Shown: positions 7,203-14,924, numbered from the stretch's first letter. The stretch: 64,000 nt of DNA from an uncultured virus (IMG/VR IMGVR_UViG_3300025087_000057) (IMGVR_UViG_3300025087_000057); one strand, 5' to 3'. A program made the numbers and translations. Notes: generated by a model from the letters alone, not told the origin.

Positions 7203-7553
7203 TCAACTATATAAATATTCTAAAATAATCTTAGCATCATCAATATTGATTTTACCGTCTTTATTTAAATCAAGACGATTAAACCAATTAGCGACATCAT
7301 TAAGGTCAACTAAGTTATCTCCATCGCTATCAAATGATTTAATAAAATTAACCAAAAAAGTAAAATCCTTAAGATTTACCGTTTCATCTTGATTAACATC
7401 CACGTCATTTTTTAAAATTTCCATCATCTTCCTCTTATATAAAAAACTTATTTCTTTTGATTCGCAAGATTTACATATTGGTAAATTATGAGAACAACTA
7501 CTTTCCATCTCTTTATGGCAAACAAAACATAGTTTGAGCAACGGTTTAAACAT
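7203..7553 (-). CDS. Zn-ribbon plus EF-hand/dockerin-like Ca-binding protein
   Basis: CFVC...CKSC, then loops DVNQDETVNLKD, DSDGDNLVDLND, DLNKDGKINIDD. Confidence 0.7.
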   Translation of the reverse strand: MFKPLLKLCFVCHKEMESSCSHNLPICKSCESKEISFLYKRKMMEILKNDVDVNQDETVNLKDFTFLVNFIKSFDSDGDNLVDLNDVANWFNRLDLNKDGKINIDDAKIILEYLYS

Positions 7554-7797
7554 ATATATTTATTTCCAAATCTTTTGGTTCAATTTTAAATATTTCCTTA
7601 TTTTTTTGCACCAATATAATAAAGTCCACCTTAGAACTGTCTACTAATCTGGCATTTAGATACTCTTGTCCAAATTTGGATTTTAATTTGTAACCTATTT
7701 TTACTTTATAACTTTTTGGTACATTGTCAAGTTTTGTATCAGACGGAAAATGATGAGTAATCATTGGTTTCCCATTGCTTTGTTTTGTATTTTTCAT
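7546..7797 (-). CDS. hypothetical protein
   Basis: 83-aa ORF in operon. Confidence 0.55.
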   Translation of the reverse strand: MKNTKQSNGKPMITHHFPSDTKLDNVPKSYKVKIGYKLKSKFGQEYLNARLVDSSKVDFIILVQKNKEIFKIEPKDLEINIYV

Positions 7798-7798
7798 T

Positions 7799-8002
7799 TT
7801 ATTTCCTTATTATATCCAATTCATCACAAAAAATTATTGAAATTGCATTATTAATATCTCCCCCCATCCGAGTATAATCATCACCGCCATCAATAAATAA
7901 ATTTTTACATTTGCACCATCTAAAATCATGTCGGTAAAATGAAAAAATTCTATCGTGACATTTGGGACATTCTATTCCATATTTAATGGGTTTATTTAAC
8001 AT
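7799..8002 (-). CDS. small Zn-binding phage protein
   Basis: CPKC...RHDFRWCKC...IDGG.DY.R motif, widespread in phages. Confidence 0.7.
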   Translation of the reverse strand: MLNKPIKYGIECPKCHDRIFSFYRHDFRWCKCKNLFIDGGDDYTRMGGDINNAISIIFCDELDIIRK

Positions 8003-8586
8003 TATTGCCTCAAATCATAAGTATAAATATGTTTTCCTAAAGTATCTAAATAATATGCAACACCCAATTTAAGCATACTCTTTAGTTTTTCTGCAAATGG
8101 TTTTAGTTTCCCTTTATATTTTGTTCTAATGGCTTTATCGTGAAAAGTTTGTCCATTAAAGCGAATTACTTTTCCTGGTTTTGTCATTCCAAGGTATTTA
8201 AAATTAGAGGCCTTATAAATAGTCCCTACATGACCATAAGTAGCATCAGCATATGAAATAACCATTTTAATGTTCGTGTTTTTTTGGAGCCATTTTAAAG
8301 TCTTTCCTATAAAATAACTTTCAGTATTTCGCGGGGTATTATCAATACAACATAACCTTCTTAATTCAATTATATCTTCCTGTTTATTAACATATCTTTT
8401 CCATACATTAGCCATTGCTATTTTACCATATACCATGGCTCCTATTAAAGCATCTCCATCATATAAGCCAAAACAATAATCACTAATAATACCATTCATA
8501 TTATGGGAATAATGCCACAACTCTATAAAATTAGAAATTTCTTTTCTAGTACATGGCTTAACTGTGTATGTCCTAACCTTTCCCAT
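8002..8586 (-). CDS. Mom-like GNAT acetyltransferase (DNA modification)
   Basis: HYSH...IELRRLC...RNTESYFI...ISYAD...GHVGTIYKASNF.Y.G; start moved to MGKVR. Confidence 0.85.
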   Translation of the reverse strand: MGKVRTYTVKPCTRKEISNFIELWHYSHNMNGIISDYCFGLYDGDALIGAMVYGKIAMANVWKRYVNKQEDIIELRRLCCIDNTPRNTESYFIGKTLKWLQKNTNIKMVISYADATYGHVGTIYKASNFKYLGMTKPGKVIRFNGQTFHDKAIRTKYKGKLKPFAEKLKSMLKLGVAYYLDTLGKHIYTYDLRQ

Positions 8587-8614
8587 AAATACCCTTTTAA
8601 TAAAAAATTTTAAA

Positions 8615-8681
8615 CGGGAGCAACGGGATTCGACCCCCTGACGTGACAGGCCAGTGGTTGTATCCATTTAACTATGCCCCC
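8615..8681 (-). pseudogene. tRNA-Asp(GTC) pseudogene
   Basis: CTGGC-CTGTCAC-GTCAG intact; variable loop and part of the 5' T-stem deleted (GTCAG-GGGGTCGAATCCCGT). Confidence 0.7.
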
Positions 8682-8950
8682 TCGGAATCTTCACAAGATT
8701 CATAAAACATATATCCACATTTATTACATTCTATTCTTAATGTATCCCTATGTTCCATTGGTTCAAGTTCCATTTCTTTAGGAATATCCACAACTGTAAA
8801 ATGTCCCATTGGTTTAAGTTTTATTTCTTTAGGAATATACACAACTGTAAATTGGTCGTCGCCCTCTATACAATTGGGATATTTTATAAACCTTGCTTTA
8901 CCACATTTAGGGCATTTGGTAATTGTTTTATATCTTTCCACTTCCCCCAA
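8672..8950 (-). CDS. Zn-ribbon protein with a 17-aa internal duplication
   Basis: CPKC...CNKC; FTVVYIPKEIKLKPMGH / FTVVDIPKEMELEPMEH. Confidence 0.6.
   Translation of the reverse strand: MGEVERYKTITKCPKCGKARFIKYPNCIEGDDQFTVVYIPKEIKLKPMGHFTVVDIPKEMELEPMEHRDTLRIECNKCGYMFYESCEDSEGA
8751..8852. repeat. 51-bp tandem duplication (2 imperfect copies)
   Basis: 8751-8801 and 8802-8852 share ATTTCTTTAGGAATAT.CACAACTGTAAA. Confidence 0.85.
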
Positions 8951-9269
8951 ACTCCTCTCTGTATTTTGCTTTTTTAGTTATCTTGTACAAAATCAAATAA
9001 GGAAACCAATGCCAAAATGTAATCGTAAAATATTTTCCATATTCCTGTAATTCCTTTCTTTGGATATAATGTTGAACAACATCATCAATCATCAACCATC
9101 CCCCAAATCCCAACAAAAAAATTACAAGCCACTCGTACCATCCATTCATCGAGAGATTAAAAAAAATCATAACAAAACCAATTAAACACAATATCATTCC
9201 AGTAAAGAAATGATGAGATTCAAAAGAACTAAATTTAGTTCTGCCTATTGTATAATATCTATAATACAT
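8928..9269 (-). CDS. membrane protein
   Basis: HHFFTG...GGWLMIDD..QH; 2-3 TM segments. Confidence 0.65.
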   Translation of the reverse strand: MYYRYYTIGRTKFSSFESHHFFTGMILCLIGFVMIFFNLSMNGWYEWLVIFLLGFGGWLMIDDVVQHYIQRKELQEYGKYFTITFWHWFPYLILYKITKKAKYREEFGGSGKI

Positions 9270-9513
9270 TAGTTATTGCTCTTTTTAGAATTTAATAACG
9301 CTTCAGCCAAAATCTTTGGATGAATATTTTTTAGTTTAGCCATTTTCTTGATGTTGTCAATCAATTTCATAAAATTATCCCTTCAAAAATAATAAAATCA
9401 ATTAAAGCAACTAATAGTAAGTTTTCATTTTCTTTGTTGATTGTTAATGTCTCTGATAGCATATAAAATTATTCCTATATACATTATACTTAACACAAAT
9501 GGTATTAAAAAAA

Positions 9514-9586
9514 CAGGGGAGAAGGGAATCGAACCCCTATCTGGAGAGTCAAAGTCTCCTGTTATATCCATTTTCACTACTCCCCT
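9514..9586 (-). tRNA. tRNA-Gln(TTG)
   Basis: GGAGA-CTTTGAC-TCTCC; acceptor AGGGGAG/CTCCCCT. Confidence 0.88.
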
Positions 9587-9587
9587 A

Positions 9588-9663
9588 TGGTCTGGGCAAC
9601 AGGACTTGAACCTGTAACACTTTGGTCCCAAACCAAAGACTCTACCATTTGAGCTATACCCAG
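9588..9663 (-). tRNA. tRNA-Pro(TGG), CCA encoded
   Basis: TTTGG-TTTGGGA-CCAAA; C1-G72, A73. Confidence 0.9.
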
Positions 9664-10086
9664 TTAATTGAAAAAACCAAAATCTATAATCGCAGCCGGA
9701 GCTACGCAGTCCTGAGTTGTCTTAAAGATAACATTAGAAATGGGTGACCAATTGATAATTTCATCACCAACCCTCATGGCAAAATAATAAGTTTGATTAC
9801 ATTCTAAATTAATTGTAGTTGTCCATGATTCTGATGTCCCGGCAGGAAGAGGAATAAGGGCGGTACAACCGGGAACTTGAGTAGCACTTAAAAATGCTGT
9901 ACTATCGGCCAATGAATTCTTTCCATATCGAATGTCGTAATGGGAAGCGGTTCCGGTAGTACCATCATCTCCACTTGCCGTCCATACAAAAGTCAATTCT
10001 ACATTCTTGGTTTGTGCGTTACATGCTATATTAAACAACACCAACGCACTGATAACTAAAAAAAATACAGTCAAACACTTTCTCAT
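9664..10086 (-). CDS. secreted fibronectin type III-like protein
   Basis: Signal peptide (…ACNA/Q); WTASGDDG.TGTA..YDIRY and YYFAMRV.DE..NWS.ISN. Confidence 0.75.
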   Translation of the reverse strand: MRKCLTVFFLVISALVLFNIACNAQTKNVELTFVWTASGDDGTTGTASHYDIRYGKNSLADSTAFLSATQVPGCTALIPLPAGTSESWTTTINLECNQTYYFAMRVGDEIINWSPISNVIFKTTQDCVAPAAIIDFGFFN

Positions 10087-10105
10087 TATAAATCCTTTCT
10101 TTTTA

Positions 10106-10178
10106 AGCCCTTGACAGGAATCGAACCTGTTGTATCCTGTTTACAAGACAGGTGCTTTGCCGATTAAGCTACAAGGGC
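10106..10178 (-). tRNA. tRNA-Thr(TGT)
   Basis: CCTGT-CTTGTAA-ACAGG; acceptor GCCCTTG/CAAGGGC. Confidence 0.9.
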
Positions 10179-10182
10179 AATT

Positions 10183-10257
10183 TGGTGGAGTCGGAGAGAA
10201 TCAAACTCTCAATCTTCTGCTTGCAAAGCAGGTGCTTTCTCGTTTAGCTACGACCCC
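10183..10257 (-). tRNA. tRNA-Ala(TGC), CCA encoded
   Basis: G3:U70; CTGC-TTTGCAA-GCAG. Confidence 0.88.
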
Positions 10258-10266
10258 GTTACTTTA

Positions 10267-10337
10267 TGGCAGGGATGGGATTCGAACCCATGAACTCGGC
10301 GTATGAGACCGATAAGTTACCGTTACTTCACCCTGCT
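10267..10337 (-). tRNA. tRNA-Met(CAT), initiator-like
   Basis: TCGGT-CTCATAC-GCCGA; A1xC72 mismatch; A11-U24. Confidence 0.82.
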
Positions 10338-10578
10338 AAACTTCATCAATAATATCCTCTGAAAATTCTGACGGAAATTCATCATTATCCTGAGTGTATG
10401 CATAAGCATAGTAAAACTCATACGTAATATCTGCAACGGACTGTTCTCCACGAAGAAAAACTTGAAGAGCATCTAACAAAATATATGTATCTATTTTGGC
10501 ACACTCTGTCATAAGATGTCCATTAAAGTACAACGCTTCCCATTCATCCCCCTCAACAATTTTGACTTCCAATATCAT
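10336..10578 (-). CDS. acidic hypothetical protein
   Basis: 80-aa ORF. Confidence 0.6.
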   Translation of the reverse strand: MILEVKIVEGDEWEALYFNGHLMTECAKIDTYILLDALQVFLRGEQSVADITYEFYYAYAYTQDNDEFPSEFSEDIIDEV

Positions 10579-10799
10579 GATGGCAGACTCACTTTCCGAA
10601 TCTCCATGGATTCCAAAAGAGGCTCATTTTGCCAATTCTTCTGTAACTTTTTGGCATCAGGTATTGAATCAAAAAAAGCCGTTGAGCCATAAAATTCTTT
10701 TACCTTAGTTTTTTCCGTAGGAATCAGGGGAAGCCAATAAGAGTCCCCACTCTTGAACACTCCCCAAACTCCATACTTTTCGAATAAGTTTTTCTTCAT
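10575..10799 (-). CDS. hypothetical protein
   Basis: 74-aa ORF with AAGGA SD. Confidence 0.6.
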   Translation of the reverse strand: MKKNLFEKYGVWGVFKSGDSYWLPLIPTEKTKVKEFYGSTAFFDSIPDAKKLQKNWQNEPLLESMEIRKVSLPS

Positions 10800-10815
10800 A
10801 AATTCCTTTCTTTTA

Positions 10816-10888
10816 TATTGGGAGAGGGATTCGAACCCTCACTGGATAGGGTCTAAGCCTATTGCCTCTACCGTTGGGCTACCCCAAT
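10816..10888 (-). tRNA. tRNA-Leu(TAG), short variable loop
   Basis: ATAGG-CTTAGAC-CCTAT; A73. Confidence 0.85.
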
Positions 10889-11698
10889 AATATCTCCAAT
10901 GTTACTTGACCCAAAACTAAACTGTAGTCCATTTCCATGGTGACACATGCTTGCCACCATTTGCAATAAAGAATCAGCCTTTTTATAATCAATCTTAGAT
11001 GGTAAAACTGATTTTTCTCTTATATTTTGTAAATCACTGAATCCATTTTCGGCCAACTCTTTTACTTCTTCCAATGAATATTTCCCCTCTTTGATATCCA
11101 TTAAAAATTGATGGTCATTATCTCTAAAAATTTTAACTTTTCCGGTTTCAAGAATTTCTTTTCCCATTGTTAGCAAACGGACTAAATGAGAGGCATTCTT
11201 CGTATCGTAGCCATATCTTTCAACAAGAGCCTTTCTTTTTTCTCCCATATATCCCTCTCTATGGCCGTGTTGCATTTTTTGTAATTGAGAGTAGGCATAT
11301 CCACTAAAAGCCTGATAAATTCCATCAGTATAAAGGAACTCTTCTCTGTGGTCAATTAATATTTGCCCTGCTACTGTAATTGTTTTATAAAATTCTCTTT
11401 CATTCCATAACAAAGAAAATATATTAGGGTTACATTTCATTAACAATCGAAAAAACTTTTTTACCTCATACGAAACGATGTCATTGGGGTTATCTTTTGT
11501 TGGCAATTGTTCATATTGTTCTATTTTATTTAATCCATAATAATAAGATACCGGAGCCGAAAATACCCCAATCCAATCAATATCGTCAATACCATGCTCA
11601 TCCATTGAGGGTTTATAAAGTCCATGAGCAATACTTCCCCTTAAACAATACAACAAGTGTCTTTGCCCAATTTCTTCTTCTAATTTTGAGTCTATCAT
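10868..11698 (-). CDS. YcgL/Nuc-transf family (pol-beta-like) nucleotidyltransferase
   Basis: GSIAHG...DDID..GVF; KCNPN; YDTKNASHLVRLL. Confidence 0.85.
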   Translation of the reverse strand: MIDSKLEEEIGQRHLLYCLRGSIAHGLYKPSMDEHGIDDIDWIGVFSAPVSYYYGLNKIEQYEQLPTKDNPNDIVSYEVKKFFRLLMKCNPNIFSLLWNEREFYKTITVAGQILIDHREEFLYTDGIYQAFSGYAYSQLQKMQHGHREGYMGEKRKALVERYGYDTKNASHLVRLLTMGKEILETGKVKIFRDNDHQFLMDIKEGKYSLEEVKELAENGFSDLQNIREKSVLPSKIDYKKADSLLQMVASMCHHGNGLQFSFGSSNIGDIIGVAQR

Positions 11699-11699
11699 C

Positions 11700-11845
11700 T
11701 TTCCTCTGTTTTTATGGTTCTATATATATAACGCACAAAAAAGAATAATATGCCAAAAAAAATGAAATTATTTCTAAAAAATGGTCATTTTTTGTGTTTT
11801 TTTTGCGTATTATAGTATAGGACACAAAAATGGTAAGGAGGTTTT
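11700..11845. promoter_or_regulatory. divergent promoter region at the strand switch
   Basis: Back-to-back motifs GCGTTATATATATAG (minus, 11720-11734) and GCGTATTATAGTATAG (plus, 11805-11820). Confidence 0.65.
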
Positions 11846-12349
11846 ATGAAGAAAGTGCTTATCATTGCTTTTGTTATGGTTTTAGGCACGATTTTTGCTA
11901 CAAATTTATATTCTCAGACTAACCCATTAGGTAACAGTGCTTTTGCTGGTGGTGGTTACGATAGTAATGCCGGATTTATTTTTAATGCCGGATTGGGTCA
12001 AAAAGTTAGTAGTTTTCTGTGGACATTTGAAACTTTTGATATTGCCCTTGATAAAGACCTTGGGGCTGATTTGGCGGCTATGACAAGTCTTAATTTTATA
12101 GACCCCAAACTGGCTAATTTAAAGGTTGGTCTATTGGCAAGCCCAGGCGTTAATTGGGTTGCTAACGGGGAAACAGATGAAAATATTGATTATTTAGCTT
12201 ATTTCCGAGGAGCCGGGGGTATTATTGCAATTTATAACTTTACCGAAAGAATCGGTGTTATGGCGTTGAGTAAATATAAATTTGCCCTGAAGGATAATCA
12301 ATATGAAAAACAATGGGCTGTTAGAGGAAACTTAGTGGTTAATTTTTAA
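11846..12349 (+). CDS. secreted small outer-membrane beta-barrel-like protein
   Basis: Signal peptide, amphipathic beta-strands, C-terminal ...VRGNLVVNF. Confidence 0.6.
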   Translation: MKKVLIIAFVMVLGTIFATNLYSQTNPLGNSAFAGGGYDSNAGFIFNAGLGQKVSSFLWTFETFDIALDKDLGADLAAMTSLNFIDPKLANLKVGLLASPGVNWVANGETDENIDYLAYFRGAGGIIAIYNFTERIGVMALSKYKFALKDNQYEKQWAVRGNLVVNF

Positions 12350-12448
12350 GGGGCTAAATGGTGTCGATTTGGGTGTTGTGACTCTTTGGGAGTTTGCCTG
12401 ACAAGGCGGTAACACCCGAAGACCTCGGTTCGATTCCGAGTAGCTCCA
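12350..12448 (+). ncRNA. minimal tmRNA-like RNA (tRNA-like domain only)
   Basis: GGGGCTA/TAGCTCC+A with G3:U70; stemless D-region ending TCGA; 11-bp helix; GAC linker; T-arm CTCGG-TTCGATT-CCGAG. Confidence 0.8.
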
Positions 12449-12455
12449 TTTTATT

Positions 12456-12578
12456 ATGAAAACAAAAAAAACAAAACAAGAAAAACAGTTTGAAAAAATT
12501 GTTAAAGAAATTAAGAAAAAAAAGAGTAAAAAAGAAGAAAAACAAGAATTCCGTAATCTTATAAGGGAATTCGAGTAA
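12456..12578 (+). CDS. Lys/Glu-rich 40-aa peptide
   Basis: Manual translation MKTKKTKQEKQFEKIVKEIKKKKSKKEEKQEFRNLIREFE. Confidence 0.4.
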   Translation: MKTKKTKQEKQFEKIVKEIKKKKSKKEEKQEFRNLIREFE

Positions 12579-12618
12579 TTTTTACCCATTTTTGTGTAAT
12601 TGGAAGTCTACTGTATAC

Positions 12619-12639
12619 GGTGGGGAGAAATTCCCCACC
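12619..12639 (+). terminator. GC-rich hairpin
   Basis: GGTGGGGA-GAAAT-TCCCCACC; similar hairpins at 38955 and 59737. Confidence 0.45.
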
Positions 12640-12660
12640 ATTTAAAATTAGGAGAAAAAT

Positions 12661-12936
12661 ATGGATTTAACACAATTAGTACCAGTCATTATTTCGTTTT
12701 TATCTGGCCCCGTTATTGCCCCTATCGCGGAATGGATTAAATCAAAAATTCCAGAGGGGTCGCCGCTAAAAACTTTGGGAGTTGTCTCTATTTTGAACGC
12801 TTGTGTTGTAGTAATTCTAATGCTTAGTTTTGGTTTAGAACTAAACCTTTTGAATATTTTATCTCTTGCTTTTGGAACAAGCTCAACTGCCCAATTATCG
12901 CATGTTATTAAAAAGAATGTGGCAGAGAAAGAATAA
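12661..12936 (+). CDS. holin-like small membrane protein
   Basis: Three hydrophobic segments, charged C-terminus. Confidence 0.5.
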   Translation: MDLTQLVPVIISFLSGPVIAPIAEWIKSKIPEGSPLKTLGVVSILNACVVVILMLSFGLELNLLNILSLAFGTSSTAQLSHVIKKNVAEKE

Positions 12937-13200
12937 CGTTATATATAATATTATATATAACATTAATTAACGTCAGTCTCTGGAGTACTATATATTACGT
13001 TATTCATCATAGTAGTCGTCAAGTCTCTAAAGAAGTCGTCAAGTCTATGAATATTATTTTCTTAATTTACGTCTTCTTAGAAATTAATATTAATAAAATA
13101 ATATTCTCGACGACTCCATTTTTTAGGAACGTTTGATAAAAGGGAAGAACAAAATTAACATTCTGTTGTTAGTTGAGTAATTAGTAGAAATTTTGCAAAC
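12937..13200. other. candidate replication origin / regulatory region
   Basis: 24-bp perfect palindrome at 12938-12961; AGTCGTCAAGTCT direct repeats at 13014 and 13034; AT-rich tract. Confidence 0.4.
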
Positions 13201-13959
13201 ATGAGGAAGGGAAGTTTTATGTTACCACCTATCAGCATTATTATGCCAGTATATAATCAACGTAAACATCTTCTTGAGGTTGCCGCGCGGTCGGCTATCA
13301 ATCAGATTGGGGTCGAGGGTGAACTTATTATTATTAACGATGGTTCTACAGACAATTGCATGGAAGTCCTTAATTTTGTACCATCGAGCAGTAATATAGA
13401 AATAAAAGTTATAAGTAGAGTTGAAAATGGTGGTGTTGCCGCCGCATTAAACGATGGGATTAAGGCTTCTCAAAATGAATATATTGCATGGTTGCCTTCC
13501 GATGATTATTTTATGCCTGAAAAAACATTGGTTCAATTATCTAATATGATAGAAGCAAAAACTTTGTTTTCTTTTACTGCCTTCCATCAACTGGTTTGGG
13601 AAAATGGAGTTCTTACTGAAGTTCAGGCAGTTCCCACCCCCTACCCATCGGGAAAAATTGGGGCAGTCCAGTTACATCAAGCATTATTAAATCGATTTCC
13701 TTCGTGTTTTCTTAACGGGGCATCAATTATGGTACATAAAGAAGTTTTTAATAAGGTTGGTTTGTTTGATGAGGATTTAAAATATACCCAGGATTACGAT
13801 ATGTGGTTAAAAATAACGGAATATTATGACACTTTTGTTAATGCTGACGCTTTAATGGTCAAAAATATCCACGACAATCAGATGGAATTTATCTTTAAAA
13901 ATAAGACCGAACAAAGAGCAATAGAAGAGGGGATTTTAAAAAAGAGGTATTTATCTTAA
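13201..13959 (+). CDS. glycosyltransferase family 2
   Basis: ISIIMPVYN...IINDGSTD...WLPSDD...QDYDMW. Confidence 0.92.
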   Translation: MRKGSFMLPPISIIMPVYNQRKHLLEVAARSAINQIGVEGELIIINDGSTDNCMEVLNFVPSSSNIEIKVISRVENGGVAAALNDGIKASQNEYIAWLPSDDYFMPEKTLVQLSNMIEAKTLFSFTAFHQLVWENGVLTEVQAVPTPYPSGKIGAVQLHQALLNRFPSCFLNGASIMVHKEVFNKVGLFDEDLKYTQDYDMWLKITEYYDTFVNADALMVKNIHDNQMEFIFKNKTEQRAIEEGILKKRYLS

Positions 13960-14924
13960 TGAATGTTGCTTTTATTTCCGATAAAGATGGAGGAGGAACC
14001 TTGGGGCATTATTCTTCCTTGATTAACAAGTTTACTTCTCATCATAGCGACTGTATTGTTAATTACAATCCGTATCAATTTAAAGTAGATTATGAGAGTA
14101 GGGACTCAGATAACGGCAAAATAGGTACAATATGTCGGTATATTTTAACAAATGCTGACATTTTGGTTTTTAACAATGGCTATGAATCGGTTGATTTCGC
14201 ACAACGGGCATTTGAGTGGAAATTTGATGTCACTCAAAAAAACTTTTTCTTTTATGGTGATATAAATTACTTTGAGGAAAAAAGAAAATATAACCTAAAA
14301 GTTCCCGTCCTTACTACTCAATACATTATTAAGAATTTCTTTGATACATATGTTTACGAGGCAGACAAAACTATTTATATTCCAATTGCTATTGATACTG
14401 GTTCCGCTAATTATAATAACAAAATAAAATATGCCAATAAAATTGGTATTGTTCATGCTCCCGCAAGTCGTCAGAATAAAAATACCGAAGGATTTCTTTC
14501 AGTTAATTCATATGTAGAAATGTTTTTTGATAGTGCAACTTTTGATATTATAGAAAATGTTTCTTGGAAAAAGTCTTTATCAGATAAAAAAAAATATCAA
14601 ATCGGAGTTGACCATATTAATCCCAATTATGGGTATTATGGCATAAGTTCACTGGAAAATTCCGCCATTGGATTATTTAATTGTGTTAATCTCCCAATAG
14701 ACGAGGCAATTTATTTATGTAGTATGGTTGAATGTGATATTATGCCATGGGCATTTACATCTGATGAAGGAGCTTTATATGAAGTTGTTGGTGCATATAT
14801 TAAGAGTCCCGAAAGCCTTTTTCAAGACAGGGTAAGAACGAAGAAATGGTTTGATGAATCATGGGATGGCAAAAAAATTATCAATAAAGTAATGCAAGCT
14901 ATGGAGGAAAGATGTACGATTTAG
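13959..14924 (+). CDS. GT-B fold glycosyltransferase-like protein
   Basis: IVHAPASRQNKNT...GVDHI...YGISSLENSAIG; paralogous to 15280-16302. Confidence 0.7.
   Translation: MNVAFISDKDGGGTLGHYSSLINKFTSHHSDCIVNYNPYQFKVDYESRDSDNGKIGTICRYILTNADILVFNNGYESVDFAQRAFEWKFDVTQKNFFFYGDINYFEEKRKYNLKVPVLTTQYIIKNFFDTYVYEADKTIYIPIAIDTGSANYNNKIKYANKIGIVHAPASRQNKNTEGFLSVNSYVEMFFDSATFDIIENVSWKKSLSDKKKYQIGVDHINPNYGYYGISSLENSAIGLFNCVNLPIDEAIYLCSMVECDIMPWAFTSDEGALYEVVGAYIKSPESLFQDRVRTKKWFDESWDGKKIINKVMQAMEERCTI

Noticed and set aside
4605..10888. tRNAs with TAA, TAG and TGA anticodons as evidence of stop-codon recoding
   Set aside because: These anticodons read UUA, CUA and UCA (Leu/Ser), not stop codons
12937..13200. 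CRISPR array
   Set aside because: Only two 13-bp repeats with a 7-bp gap, and no cas genes
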